DNA of 32,000 bases from NCBI RefSeq assembly GCF_000009705.1, contig NC_003272.1:5460001-5492000 (forward strand), in the 5' to 3' direction. Below the pieces are notes generated by a model. That model worked only from the letters and a program-made list of their open reading frames with translations. It was not told where the DNA came from and did not search any database. Below are positions 1 through 8,495 of the stretch, piece by piece (within the stretch, counting starts at the first letter, position 1; every line of letters begins with the position of its first letter). Source of the DNA: Nostoc sp. PCC 7120 = FACHB-418 (GTDB lineage: Bacteria > Cyanobacteriota > Cyanobacteriia > Cyanobacteriales > Nostocaceae). Both the position numbers and the translations under genes were made by a program.

Positions 1-2
1 TT

Positions 3-821
3 AATTTTATTCGCCTCGAAGAACGGGAAAGCTTTCACTGTGAACTCAATCAATTATTCCAGACAGATAAGGCTAAAAAGTTAATAGTGCGCTTACACCA
101 ATTTCATGGTGAATCTTTTGATGCGCTTCTAACAATATCTGTAGTCCGGAGCCAAAATGGTAAAATAAAATCCCTGCACTGGTTGTTAAGTCACATTAAT
201 GAAAACCAACAGCAAAGTTTAGGCTTAGTCAATCATGAAAATTATCTCAGTCAAAACCGTCCAGTATACGTATATGCTAAAGGAGAGAATATCCCCCTTA
301 ATCCTTTAGTTATTTGGTATGTTCGCCAAGGTTTAGTCAAGCTGAGTACTTTTTGTGAAACAGGTGAAGAAGTATTAACGGGTTTGGCAAAAACACACAT
401 GGTATTTGGTTCTAGTATGACTAAGTTACCTATCTATCAAGCTACGGCTCTTGCTGATGTGGAATTAGTATCAATAAATTTTGCAGAAATAGCTGTTTCC
501 CAGATGCTGAGTCATATCTTGCTACCAAAAATAAATCAGCAATTACAGCAGAAAGAATCTTTTTTAGTTATTACTGGAAGACGAAAAATAGAAGATCGTC
601 TCTATCATTTATTACAGTTTTTAAAACAAGAAATCGGTGAACCTGTAGGAGAAAAGACTCGCTTAAGTGTACGTTTTACTCATGAGGATATTGCCAGTGC
701 TTGTTGTACTACTAGAGTGACAATTACACGATTGATGGGTAAGTTACAACAACAAGGTTTGATTAGTTTCGACTCGAAGAAACATATGATTATTAATAAG
801 AGGCTAGAGGATAGGGAATAA
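3..821 (+). CDS. Crp/Fnr-family transcriptional regulator, probably 5'-truncated by the window edge (PAS-like residues precede the cNMP-binding fold)
   Basis: The frame is open from nt 3 to the TAA at 819-821. The track ORF starts at GTG 87, but in-frame residues NFIRLEERESFHCELNQLFQTDKAKKLIV continue upstream without a stop. The beta-roll-like YVYAKGENIP..VIWYVRQGLVKL..GEEVL and the C-terminal HTH RLSVRFTHEDIASACCTTRVTITRLMGKLQQQGLI are Crp/Fnr hallmarks. Confidence 0.75.
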   Translation, partial: NFIRLEERESFHCELNQLFQTDKAKKLIVRLHQFHGESFDALLTISVVRSQNGKIKSLHWLLSHINENQQQSLGLVNHENYLSQNRPVYVYAKGENIPLNPLVIWYVRQGLVKLSTFCETGEEVLTGLAKTHMVFGSSMTKLPIYQATALADVELVSINFAEIAVSQMLSHILLPKINQQLQQKESFLVITGRRKIEDRLYHLLQFLKQEIGEPVGEKTRLSVRFTHEDIASACCTTRVTITRLMGKLQQQGLISFDSKKHMIINKRLEDRE

Positions 822-868
822 ATTTTTCTGTGCATGGCGGAGTTATGGGTGCTGATGTAGTATAGCTG

Positions 869-889
869 TTGACAGTTGACGGTTGACAG
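869..889. repeat. STRR heptamer array (TTGACAG x3)
   Basis: Direct reading gives ttgacag ttgacgg ttgacag, in the intergenic region after the Crp-like gene. Confidence 0.8.
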
Positions 890-995
890 ACTTGAAAGTC
901 TTGTGTTGTCAGGGTTTGATCTTGGCTTGATGTCCTAATCTATCTAGCTACGGCTATAATTCGCTTTTTTCACCCCTAACCTCTAAACCTCTCCA

Positions 996-1274
996 TTAAG
1001 ATTGTTGGGGAATTAAACTGGCGTTTTTAGTCGCGCTATCCCAAACTATCGAGCTAAAAGAACTACTTTGCTCAACGGGGCTATGGGAAACTTTAAAGTA
1101 AAATTTTTCTCCGCCCTTGATTTCAATAGCAAAATCAGCATTTTGAGCGTAAATAACTTTAAAGCCTCTATCTCGTAGACAATACATAGCCCAAGCTTTC
1201 AATGATTGCTTATGTGGTTCGTGGGGGATGGGTGGTTTTGTAATGGCTTCTTCTATGACCTTAAATATCTGCAT
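996..1274 (-). CDS. hypothetical small protein (92 aa)
   Basis: It is the only sizeable ORF in the 822-1490 gap and has an ATG start. I recognise no family. Confidence 0.35.
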   Translation of the reverse strand: MQIFKVIEEAITKPPIPHEPHKQSLKAWAMYCLRDRGFKVIYAQNADFAIEIKGGEKFYFKVSHSPVEQSSSFSSIVWDSATKNASLIPQQS

Positions 1275-1490
1275 TGGCTTTTTGATTCAATGTCTAAGGT
1301 GGTGCTGAGTAATTTTAATATCATCCTGGTTTTTTGTGTTTGTCTCGCATCTTTTCTCAAAACAAAGCAGATGGACTTGTGAAGCTTCTCATTCCTGAGG
1401 ATTGCCTACTCATTGATGGGTACAGGCGCAGAAATAGTAAAACTGATTACAATACTCAAGGCAAAATTTTATTCCTTGGTTTCAACATTT

Positions 1491-2645
1491 ATGGAAAACT
1501 TTGTTTTTTACAACCCAGTCAAAATTTTATTTGGCAAAGGTCAAATCGCTAATATTGCCGCCGAAATTCCGACTGATGCTAAGATTCTTATTACCTACGG
1601 TGGCGGTAGCATTAAAGCCAATGGTGTGTACGACCAGGTTAAATCTGCATTGGCTGGACGGAAAATCTTTGAGTTTGGTGGGATTGAACCTAACCCCCAT
1701 TTAGAAACTCTGTTGAAGGCGGTGGAATTAATACGCCAAGAAGGTATCGATTTTCTCTTGGCTGTTGGTGGTGGTTCAGTTGTGGATGGGACTAAATTTA
1801 TTGCGGCGGCGGTTCCTTTTGTTGGTGACCCTTGGGACATCTTGGCCAAGCAAGCACCTGTGACTGCGGCTGTACCTTTTGGGGCGGTATTGACCTTACC
1901 AGCTACAGGTTCGGAAATGAATACTAACTCGGTTGTGACTAAGTGGGAAACCAAAGAAAAGCTGTTCTTTGCTAGTCCCTTGGTGTTTCCTCGCTTCTCT
2001 GTTCTTGACCCAGAAACAACATTTTCCTTACCGCCTAGACAAATTGGTAATGGCATTGTTGATGCCTACACCCATGTGATGGAACAGTATTTGACTTATC
2101 CAGTTAATGCACCATTACAAGACCGATGGGCAGAATCTATTTTGAAAACGTTGATTGAAGAGGGGCCAAAAACCCTAGCTAATCCTACAGATTACGATGC
2201 CAGGGCAAATTTGGTATGGGCTGCAACCTTGGCACTCAATGGGCTAATTGGTGCAGGAGTACCCCAAGATTGGGCTACACACATGATTGGTCATGAGTTA
2301 ACTGCACTGCATGGTCTAGATCACGCCCAAACTTTGGCGATTGTCTTACCCAGCACACTCTCAATTAGACGCGATCGCAAGTGGCAAAAACTCCTACAAT
2401 ATGCAGAGCGAGTCTGGAACATTGTCGATGGTTCTGAAGAATACAGAGTAAATGAGGCGATCGCTAAAACTCGCAATTTCTTTGAGTCTGTAGGTGTCCG
2501 CACTCGTCTATCTGACTACGGTGTAGGACTAGAAACCATTCCTCTAGTTGTAGAAAATTTACAAAAGCATGGTTTAGCAATCTTAGGTGAACAGAAAGAT
2601 GTAGACTCTCAAGTCGTTGAGCAGATTTTAACTCTCTCAGCTTAA
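1491..2645 (+). CDS. yqhD: iron-containing (group III) NADPH-dependent alcohol dehydrogenase / aldehyde reductase, YqhD-like
   Basis: The protein is almost colinear with E. coli YqhD as I recall it: ILFGKG, ITYGGGS, EFGGIEPNP, LLAVGGGSV.DGTKFIAAA, LTLPATGSE, GAGVPQDWATHM.GHELTA.HGLDHAQTLAIVLP, LLQYAERVWNI. I moved the start from track position 1413 to ATG 1491 (MENFVFYNPVKILFGKG) to match the family N-terminus. Confidence 0.9.
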   Translation: MENFVFYNPVKILFGKGQIANIAAEIPTDAKILITYGGGSIKANGVYDQVKSALAGRKIFEFGGIEPNPHLETLLKAVELIRQEGIDFLLAVGGGSVVDGTKFIAAAVPFVGDPWDILAKQAPVTAAVPFGAVLTLPATGSEMNTNSVVTKWETKEKLFFASPLVFPRFSVLDPETTFSLPPRQIGNGIVDAYTHVMEQYLTYPVNAPLQDRWAESILKTLIEEGPKTLANPTDYDARANLVWAATLALNGLIGAGVPQDWATHMIGHELTALHGLDHAQTLAIVLPSTLSIRRDRKWQKLLQYAERVWNIVDGSEEYRVNEAIAKTRNFFESVGVRTRLSDYGVGLETIPLVVENLQKHGLAILGEQKDVDSQVVEQILTLSA

Positions 2646-2735
2646 AAATTGGGGAGTGGGGAGCAAGAAGAATAGGACTATGGACTAATGACTAATCTCT
2701 AGACTCCCCAGTAGTTATTATGTTATTCTCAATCA

Positions 2736-2747
2736 GACCAAGTGGTC
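2736..2747. promoter_or_regulatory. candidate TetR operator, GACC-AAGT-GGTC palindrome
   Basis: A perfect 4+4 palindrome ends 9 nt upstream of the TetR ATG. The same GACC-N4-GGTC architecture recurs at 3791 and 4293. Confidence 0.45.
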
Positions 2748-2756
2748 GGTAAATAG

Positions 2757-3362
2757 ATGTCTAAAGGCGAAGAAACAAAAACTCGGATTCTCCAACAGGC
2801 GGCGGAACTGTTTAACCAACAGGGATACGCTGGTTCGTCTATTTCTGACATCATGCGTGTAACGGGATTGCAAAAAGGAGGAATTTATAATCACTTCCAA
2901 AGCAAAGATGAATTAGCACTACAGGCTTTTGATTATGCGATCGCCTCCATCAGCAAACACTATAGAATTGCATTACGTAGCAAACGTAATGCTATAGAAC
3001 GTGTGCAAGCACTAATTGCAGTCTTTAGTAGTTTTGCAGAAAATCCACCCATCCCCGGAGGATGTCCGTTACTAAATACGGCTGTGGAAAGTGATGATGC
3101 ACATCCAGCGTTACGGGAACGCACTCAACAAGCGATGAACTCTTGGCTGAATATGATTCGGCGAATCATTCAAACGGGAATTGAGAGAGGAGAAATTGAG
3201 CCTCATGTCAATGCTGAGGAAATTGCCACTATCATAGTTGCAACTTTAGAAGGTGCAATTATGATGAGCCAGCTTTATGACGATACTATTTATATGCAAA
3301 GGGCAGTGAATCATCTGAATCATTACACAGAAAATATCCTAAAAACTCATGGTACAAATTAA
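2757..3362 (+). CDS. TetR/AcrR-family transcriptional regulator
   Basis: The N-terminal HTH is TRILQQAAELFNQQGYAGSSISDIMRVTGLQKGGIYNHFQSKDELA. Length is 201 aa. Confidence 0.9.
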   Translation: MSKGEETKTRILQQAAELFNQQGYAGSSISDIMRVTGLQKGGIYNHFQSKDELALQAFDYAIASISKHYRIALRSKRNAIERVQALIAVFSSFAENPPIPGGCPLLNTAVESDDAHPALRERTQQAMNSWLNMIRRIIQTGIERGEIEPHVNAEEIATIIVATLEGAIMMSQLYDDTIYMQRAVNHLNHYTENILKTHGTN

Positions 3363-3738
3363 GGTTTATGGTTTAGCAGAAAAACTAAACCCAATTAAAG
3401 CAGAGCTATCAAATATTCTCCATACCTCTTTAATTGAAGTTTTACAGATTAGTCCTGAGAAGAGATTTCATCGGTTCTTCCCCTTGGATAAATTAGATTT
3501 TTACTATCCATCTGATAGAACTGATAATTATTTAATTATTGAAATCATTATGTTTGAAGGGCGTTCAGTAGAGACTAAAAAACAGCTACTGAGAGATATT
3601 TTTAAAAAAGTTGACGAGAAATTCGGAATTTCAGTTTATGATATTGAAATTACACTTTTTGAAATTCCCAAACAGAATTGGGGTATTAGGGGCATACCTG
3701 GAGATGAGCTAAATCTTAGCTACAAGGTAGAAGTTTAA
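3349..3738 (+). CDS. tautomerase-family protein (4-oxalocrotonate tautomerase superfamily, about 129-aa Tautomerase_2-like type)
   Basis: The N-terminus MVQIKVYG, then RFHRFFPL..DFYYP and IIEIIMFEGRSVETKKQL, fit the long tautomerase family. The ATG overlaps the TetR stop by 14 nt, consistent with translational coupling. Confidence 0.75.
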   Translation: MVQIKVYGLAEKLNPIKAELSNILHTSLIEVLQISPEKRFHRFFPLDKLDFYYPSDRTDNYLIIEIIMFEGRSVETKKQLLRDIFKKVDEKFGISVYDIEITLFEIPKQNWGIRGIPGDELNLSYKVEV

Positions 3739-3790
3739 AGTTTTATGAATAATCTATCTTCAAGGATAGTTTATTTTTTGTACAAAAACC

Positions 3791-3802
3791 GACCGACAGG
3801 TC
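3791..3802. promoter_or_regulatory. candidate TetR operator, GACC-GACA-GGTC palindrome
   Basis: A perfect 4+4 palindrome ends 20 nt upstream of the thioesterase ATG. It also shares the ACC 5' flank with the reverse complement of site 2736-2750 (ACCGACC....GGTC). Confidence 0.45.
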
Positions 3803-3822
3803 TTAAATGAATAGGTGTAACT

Positions 3823-4263
3823 ATGCTAATAGTAAATAACTTACATAGAGCATTAGAAGTAACTTTGCAAATACCTGTAAGAACTTATGAAATTGACTTT
3901 GCTGGGATTGTCAGCAACATTGTGTATATTAAGTGGTTAGAAGATTTACGTTTAAAGTTTCTAGAAGAACATTTTCCTATTCATCAACAAATTGAACAAG
4001 GATATGTACCTATACTTGCTGGGACAGAAATTGAATATAAACGTCCTATTAAGTTGATAGACAAAGTAATTGGGCGCTTATGGCTGAGTAATTTGGGACG
4101 ATTAAAATGGACAGTGCAAGCAGAGATTTTATCAAATAATCAACTAGCAGCAGTTGCTCAACAGAAGGGTGCTTTTGTGAATTTACAAAATGGTCGTCCA
4201 GTTAGCATTCCTGAAGAATTACAGCAAAAATATTTAAATATTAATAAATTAAGTAGTGAATAA
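3823..4263 (+). CDS. hotdog-fold acyl-CoA thioesterase (4HBT/YbgC-like)
   Basis: The motif VRTYEIDFAGIVSNIVYIKWLEDLR matches the YbgC-type D..G.V.N active-site region. Length is 146 aa. Confidence 0.75.
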   Translation: MLIVNNLHRALEVTLQIPVRTYEIDFAGIVSNIVYIKWLEDLRLKFLEEHFPIHQQIEQGYVPILAGTEIEYKRPIKLIDKVIGRLWLSNLGRLKWTVQAEILSNNQLAAVAQQKGAFVNLQNGRPVSIPEELQQKYLNINKLSSE

Positions 4264-4292
4264 AGTTTTTAGGATTTTTTTATTTTCTTACA

Positions 4293-4304
4293 AACCCATC
4301 GGTC
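4293..4304. promoter_or_regulatory. candidate TetR operator variant, AACC-CATC-GGTC
   Basis: It has one mismatch to GACC-N4-GGTC and ends 22 nt upstream of the GST ATG. Confidence 0.35.
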
Positions 4305-4326
4305 TTTTTTTGAGGCGTAAAAGCGT

Positions 4327-5001
4327 ATGCTCAACTTCTACTACAATCATCGTTCACCTATGGCCCGTCGTGTATGGCGTACCTTACTAGAGAAAGAAAT
4401 TATATTTGAGCCAATAATCATGAGCTTAGATGGCGATCAATTACAACCTGAATTTTTAGAAATCAACCCATTTCATCATATTCCCGTCATATTAGATAAT
4501 GGTTTTCGGGTAGTAGAATCTCTAGCAATCATGGACTATTTGGAAGCTAAATACCCTACACCTGCACTGTTACCTAAAGAAGCTGAGTCTTTAGCAAAAG
4601 TAAGAATGGTGCAGATGGTGACGACAAATGAACTATTACCAAAAATGATTTCCTTGATTTTTGAGGATAAAAATTCGTCAAAATTTTTGCAGGCTTATGA
4701 GCATATAAATAAGGTCTTAGCCTTTTTATCAGAATCTTTAGGTAACGAATCTTATTATGGTGGAGAACAGTTGACTTTAGCTGATATTGTGGCTGGAACC
4801 GATTTATCTTTGTTGCCAAAATTAGGGATTAGTTTTAGTAACTACCCCAATTTGCAAGATTGGTTTGAGCGTTTAATGACACGGAAATTATGGCAACAGA
4901 CAGAAATTAGTGTAGAAGATTTTGAAAAATTTAAGCGTGTTTTTATTAAGCTACGTCAACGCCAGCTAAACCAAGAACATAAAGCCAATGAAGATAAATA
5001 A
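4327..5001 (+). CDS. glutathione S-transferase
   Basis: The thioredoxin-like N-domain has HRSPMARRV (catalytic Ser region), HHIPVILDNGFRVVESLAIMDYLEAKYP, and a C-terminal helical domain. Confidence 0.85.
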   Translation: MLNFYYNHRSPMARRVWRTLLEKEIIFEPIIMSLDGDQLQPEFLEINPFHHIPVILDNGFRVVESLAIMDYLEAKYPTPALLPKEAESLAKVRMVQMVTTNELLPKMISLIFEDKNSSKFLQAYEHINKVLAFLSESLGNESYYGGEQLTLADIVAGTDLSLLPKLGISFSNYPNLQDWFERLMTRKLWQQTEISVEDFEKFKRVFIKLRQRQLNQEHKANEDK

Positions 5002-5150
5002 TAGGCCTTGAGCGATCGCGGAACACCCACAGTAGGCGATCGCCTGTGTTTATAAACTAGTGATAAAAGCCCGACTGACAAACAGTATCATCTATATTGG
5101 TGATATGCACTCCCAGCAAACTACAACTGGGTAAAATTGGGTATTGAATT

Positions 5151-6467
5151 ATGGATCAACAACCGATACAAGTAATTGGAGGTGGACTAGCTGGGACAGA
5201 GGCTGCGTGGCAAATCGCCCAGGCTGGAGTGCCAGTAATTTTACACGAAATGCGTCCCAAACGCTTCAGCCCTGCTCATCATACAGAACACTTGGCAGAG
5301 TTGGTATGTAGTAACTCCTTTGGGGCAATGGCAAGCGATCGCGCGGCGGGATTACTGCACGAAGAATTACGCCAACTGGGTTCTGTGGTCATTGCCAAAG
5401 CTGATGAACACGCAGTACCCGCAGGTGGCGCACTAGCGGTAGATCGGGGTCAATTTGGGCAAGATTTAACTCAAACTCTTGCTAGCCATCCCTTAGTGGA
5501 ATTTCGCCGTGGTGAAGTCCCATATATTCCCGAAGGGATTGTGGTTTTAGCCACTGGGCCGTTGACTAGTCCCGACTTGGCGGCAGATTTGCACCGCTTC
5601 ACGGGGATGGAATACATGAGCTTTTTTGATGCGGCTAGTCCCATCATTGTCGGTGATTCCATTAACCGCGATATTGCTTTTATGGCTTCCCGCTATGACA
5701 AAGGTGAAGCCGCCTATCTCAACTGTCCGATGAATAAGGAACAGTATTTGCGGTTTCGGGAAGAACTCTGCAAAGCCGAACAAACAGAACTTAAAGACTT
5801 TGAACGGGAAACAGCCAAGTTTTTTGAAGCTTGCCTCCCCATTGAAGAGTTAGCGCAACGAGGAGAAGATACCATGCGCTACGGCCCCGTCAAGCCAGTG
5901 GGTTTGTCTGACAGCCGGACTGGGGAACGTCCCTATGCGGTGGTGCAGTTGCGACAAGAAGATAAAGCCGGTCAATTGTGGAATATGGTCGGTTTCCAAA
6001 CTAATCTGCGTTGGGGTGAACAAAAGCGAGTATTTCAAATGATACCCGGTTTGGAAAAGGCGGAGTTTGTGCGGCTGGGAGTCATGCACCGCAACACCTT
6101 TATCAATGCACCCCAGTTAATGCTACCCACCCTACAATTTAAGCAACGTCCCACATTATTAGCGGCTGGACAATTAATTGGTACAGAAGGCTACACAGCA
6201 GCAGCCGCAGGTGGTTGGTTAGCGGGAACCAATGCTGCAAGGTTGGCTTTGGGTAAAGAACCCTTGGCATTACCACCAACGACAATGTTAGGCGCATTAT
6301 TAGAATTTATCAGTTCTGCCTCGCCTAAACACTTCCAACCAATGCCCCCTAACTTTGGCATTCTGCCAGATTTGGGCATGAAAATCAAAAGTAAACCAGA
6401 GCGTTATGGACGTTACCGCGATCGCTCCTTAGCAGATTTAAGCAGTTGGAAAGTCAATCTCACTTAA
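5151..6467 (+). CDS. trmFO: methylenetetrahydrofolate--tRNA-(uracil-5-)-methyltransferase TrmFO (Gid)
   Basis: The FAD dinucleotide fold is [16 protein letters not shown], with [20 protein letters not shown] and GQLIGTEGY. Length is 438 aa. Confidence 0.92.
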
Positions 6468-6505
6468 AATTATGAGTGCTGAGTAAATGTTTCTTTCTCT
6501 ACCCC

Positions 6506-6665
6506 ACTCTCTAATCCTGATAGGTGTAGGTTTTTTACATCTCACTATCAAAATACGGATTTATGGGTGTAGGAAGAGATTGATAAAAATATTATTCTTG
6601 CGTTAGTGTGAGAGTCGTCACTCATCACTTGATTAAAAACCTACACCTGTGAAACTCTCTAATCC
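6506..6665. mobile_element. MITE-like insertion: 136-bp element with terminal inverted repeats, flanked by a 12-bp direct repeat
   Basis: ACTCTCTAATCC occurs at 6506-6517 and again at 6654-6665. The inner ends are aggtgtaggttttt (6522-6535) and aaaaacctacacct (6635-6648), which are perfect 14-bp reverse complements. The element contains no ORF. Confidence 0.45.
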
Positions 6666-6706
6666 CCCAAAAAAAACAAAATTAGGAATGCAGCGCATAC
6701 CTAATT
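6666..6706 (-). terminator. putative rho-independent terminator of pstB
   Basis: On the minus strand the stem aattagg/cctaatt (6680-6686 / 6700-6706) is followed by a T-run, seen as the plus-strand A-run at 6668-6679. Confidence 0.5.
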
Positions 6707-6731
6707 CTAGAGATTAAGTTATAAGCAATAT

Positions 6732-7538
6732 TTAACCGAATCTGCCGCTAACGTAGTCTCTGGTATCTTCCTGCTTGGGATTATTGAAAATTGATTCTGT
6801 GGCATCGTATTCTACTAGATAGCCAATACGACCACCTGTTTCTGTAGGCCGGACGTTGAAAAACGCTGTCCTGTCAGAGACACGGGCAGCTTGCTGCATA
6901 TTATGGGTGACGATAACAATAGTGTATTGCTCTTTCAGTTCGTGGATCAGTTCTTCTACACGTAAAGTAGAGATGGGATCTAAGGCAGAGCAAGGTTCAT
7001 CCATGAGTATAATTTCTGGTTGAACAGCGATCGCTCGCGCGATACATAACCTTTGTTGTTGTCCACCAGATAAAGATGCACCACTTTGACGCAGTTTATC
7101 TTTAACTTCATCCCACAACGCTGCTTTACGTAAGCTTCGTTCAACCAACTCATCCATATTACCTTTGTAGCCGTTGATTTTAGCTCCAAAGGCAATGTTG
7201 TCGTAAATTGACTTAGGAAAGGGGTTTGGTCTTTGAAATACCATCCCAATCCGACGACGTACTTCTACAGGGTCAATGTCTTGTGCATACAAGTTTTTGC
7301 TGTAGTAGAAAATCTTACCTTCTGCTCGAAATGACTCAATCAAGTCATTGAGACGATTGTAGCAGCGCAACAGAGTACTTTTGCCACAACCAGAAGGGCC
7401 GATAAAGGCTGTCACCTTATTTTTGGGGATATCTAACCAAATGTTTTGTAAAGCCAGAAACTTGCCGTAGTAGACATTGAGGTTTTCCGTTCTGAGAACG
7501 GTTTCTGTGCTATTGAGCGTGCTAGTATTTGTAGCCAT
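6732..7538 (-). CDS. pstB: phosphate ABC transporter ATP-binding protein PstB
   Basis: Walker A is GPSGCGKST, the signature is LSGGQQQRL and Walker B is ILMDEP. I trimmed the start from track 7691 to ATG 7538 (MATNTSTLN..), because the longer version overlaps pstA by about 100 nt. Confidence 0.93.
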   Translation of the reverse strand: MATNTSTLNSTETVLRTENLNVYYGKFLALQNIWLDIPKNKVTAFIGPSGCGKSTLLRCYNRLNDLIESFRAEGKIFYYSKNLYAQDIDPVEVRRRIGMVFQRPNPFPKSIYDNIAFGAKINGYKGNMDELVERSLRKAALWDEVKDKLRQSGASLSGGQQQRLCIARAIAVQPEIILMDEPCSALDPISTLRVEELIHELKEQYTIVIVTHNMQQAARVSDRTAFFNVRPTETGGRIGYLVEYDATESIFNNPKQEDTRDYVSGRFG

Positions 7539-7594
7539 AAATGGTCTAGTGTAGATTTTAAGGATAGCAGACTGCGTTATTGATCGACGATTGT

Positions 7595-8488
7595 CTAAGC
7601 TTTTTGGCGAGTTACCCAGCGTGCAATAATACTGGTGATGAGAACCATCAACACTAAAATTAAAGACGCAGCCCAAGCTAGTGACTGCCAATTTTGAAAG
7701 GGAGAAATTGCAAAGTTAAAAACTAAAACAGCAAGGGAAGCAGTGGGTCTGAATAAGCTATCAGGCCAGAATGGTGAGAATAAAGCTGTAAACAATAACG
7801 GGGCAGTTTCTCCGGCTGCGCGAGCGATCGCCAAGGTTGAACCTGTCACAATTGCTGGCAAGGCAGCTGGCAATACAACTTGTGCCACTGTTTGAAATTT
7901 AGTTGCACCTAAACCTACAGAGGCCTGTCGCAAATCTTTTGATACTAACTGCAAAGCTTCATCTGTAGTTTTTACAATAATTGGCAACATCAAGATTGCC
8001 AGTGCGAACCCTCCACCGAGTGCAGAGTAGGAACCTAGATTAAGCTTAACTAGTGTCAAGACTACAATACCATAGGCAAATACCCCAGCAATGATAGAAG
8101 GTACACCACTGAGAACATTAGTAGCAAACCTTACCCATCTAGCCAATGAGCCAGTGCTAAACTCTGTTAAATAAATTGCTGCCATCACACCAAATGGGAT
8201 ACTGATTGCCGCACCGATACCCACCATCAGCAGTGTCCCCAAGATAGCGTTACCAAATCCTCCCCCTGGTCTCATAGGTGCAGGTGGCAACTCAGTAAAT
8301 ACACTTAAGCTTAAACTACTAAAGCCTCTAATTAGGACATAAGACAATACCGCGATTAAGGGTAAAATTGCCAATGCGCCACAAATAAAGGCAACAACAG
8401 TCATCGCTGTATTAAACAGCGTCCGGGGAGACTGGGAATTACGATTTAAACTCCTTTCAACAAAACCAGATTCCATAATCCAACTCAC
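7595..8488 (-). CDS. pstA: phosphate ABC transporter permease PstA
   Basis: It is a polytopic membrane protein with the EAA-type loop [25 protein letters not shown], positioned between pstC and pstB. Confidence 0.9.
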   Translation of the reverse strand: MSWIMESGFVERSLNRNSQSPRTLFNTAMTVVAFICGALAILPLIAVLSYVLIRGFSSLSLSVFTELPPAPMRPGGGFGNAILGTLLMVGIGAAISIPFGVMAAIYLTEFSTGSLARWVRFATNVLSGVPSIIAGVFAYGIVVLTLVKLNLGSYSALGGGFALAILMLPIIVKTTDEALQLVSKDLRQASVGLGATKFQTVAQVVLPAALPAIVTGSTLAIARAAGETAPLLFTALFSPFWPDSLFRPTASLAVLVFNFAISPFQNWQSLAWAASLILVLMVLITSIIARWVTRQKA

Positions 8489-8495
8489 AGCTAGG

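Noticed and set aside
996-1274. Possible PD-(D/E)XK-like motif (NADFAIEIKG) in the 92-aa ORF
   Set aside because: The protein is too short and the motif too degenerate to call a nuclease fold. Even the coding status is uncertain.
1334-1704. Short plus-strand ORFs (1334..1552, 1501..1704) and the 1413 start of the dehydrogenase
   Set aside because: They are out of frame with, or extend, the YqhD-like gene. The family N-terminus begins at MENFVFYNP (1491).
5002-5060. Possible terminator after the GST gene built on two HIP1 sites (cacagtaggcgatcgcctgtg)
   Set aside because: The stem is essentially the HIP1 palindrome with almost no loop and only a weak T-tract, so it is not convincing as a terminator.
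7539-7691. Longer N-terminus for pstB (track start 7691)
   Set aside because: The extension overlaps pstA by about 100 nt and adds non-homologous residues. ATG 7538 gives the family-typical N-terminus.
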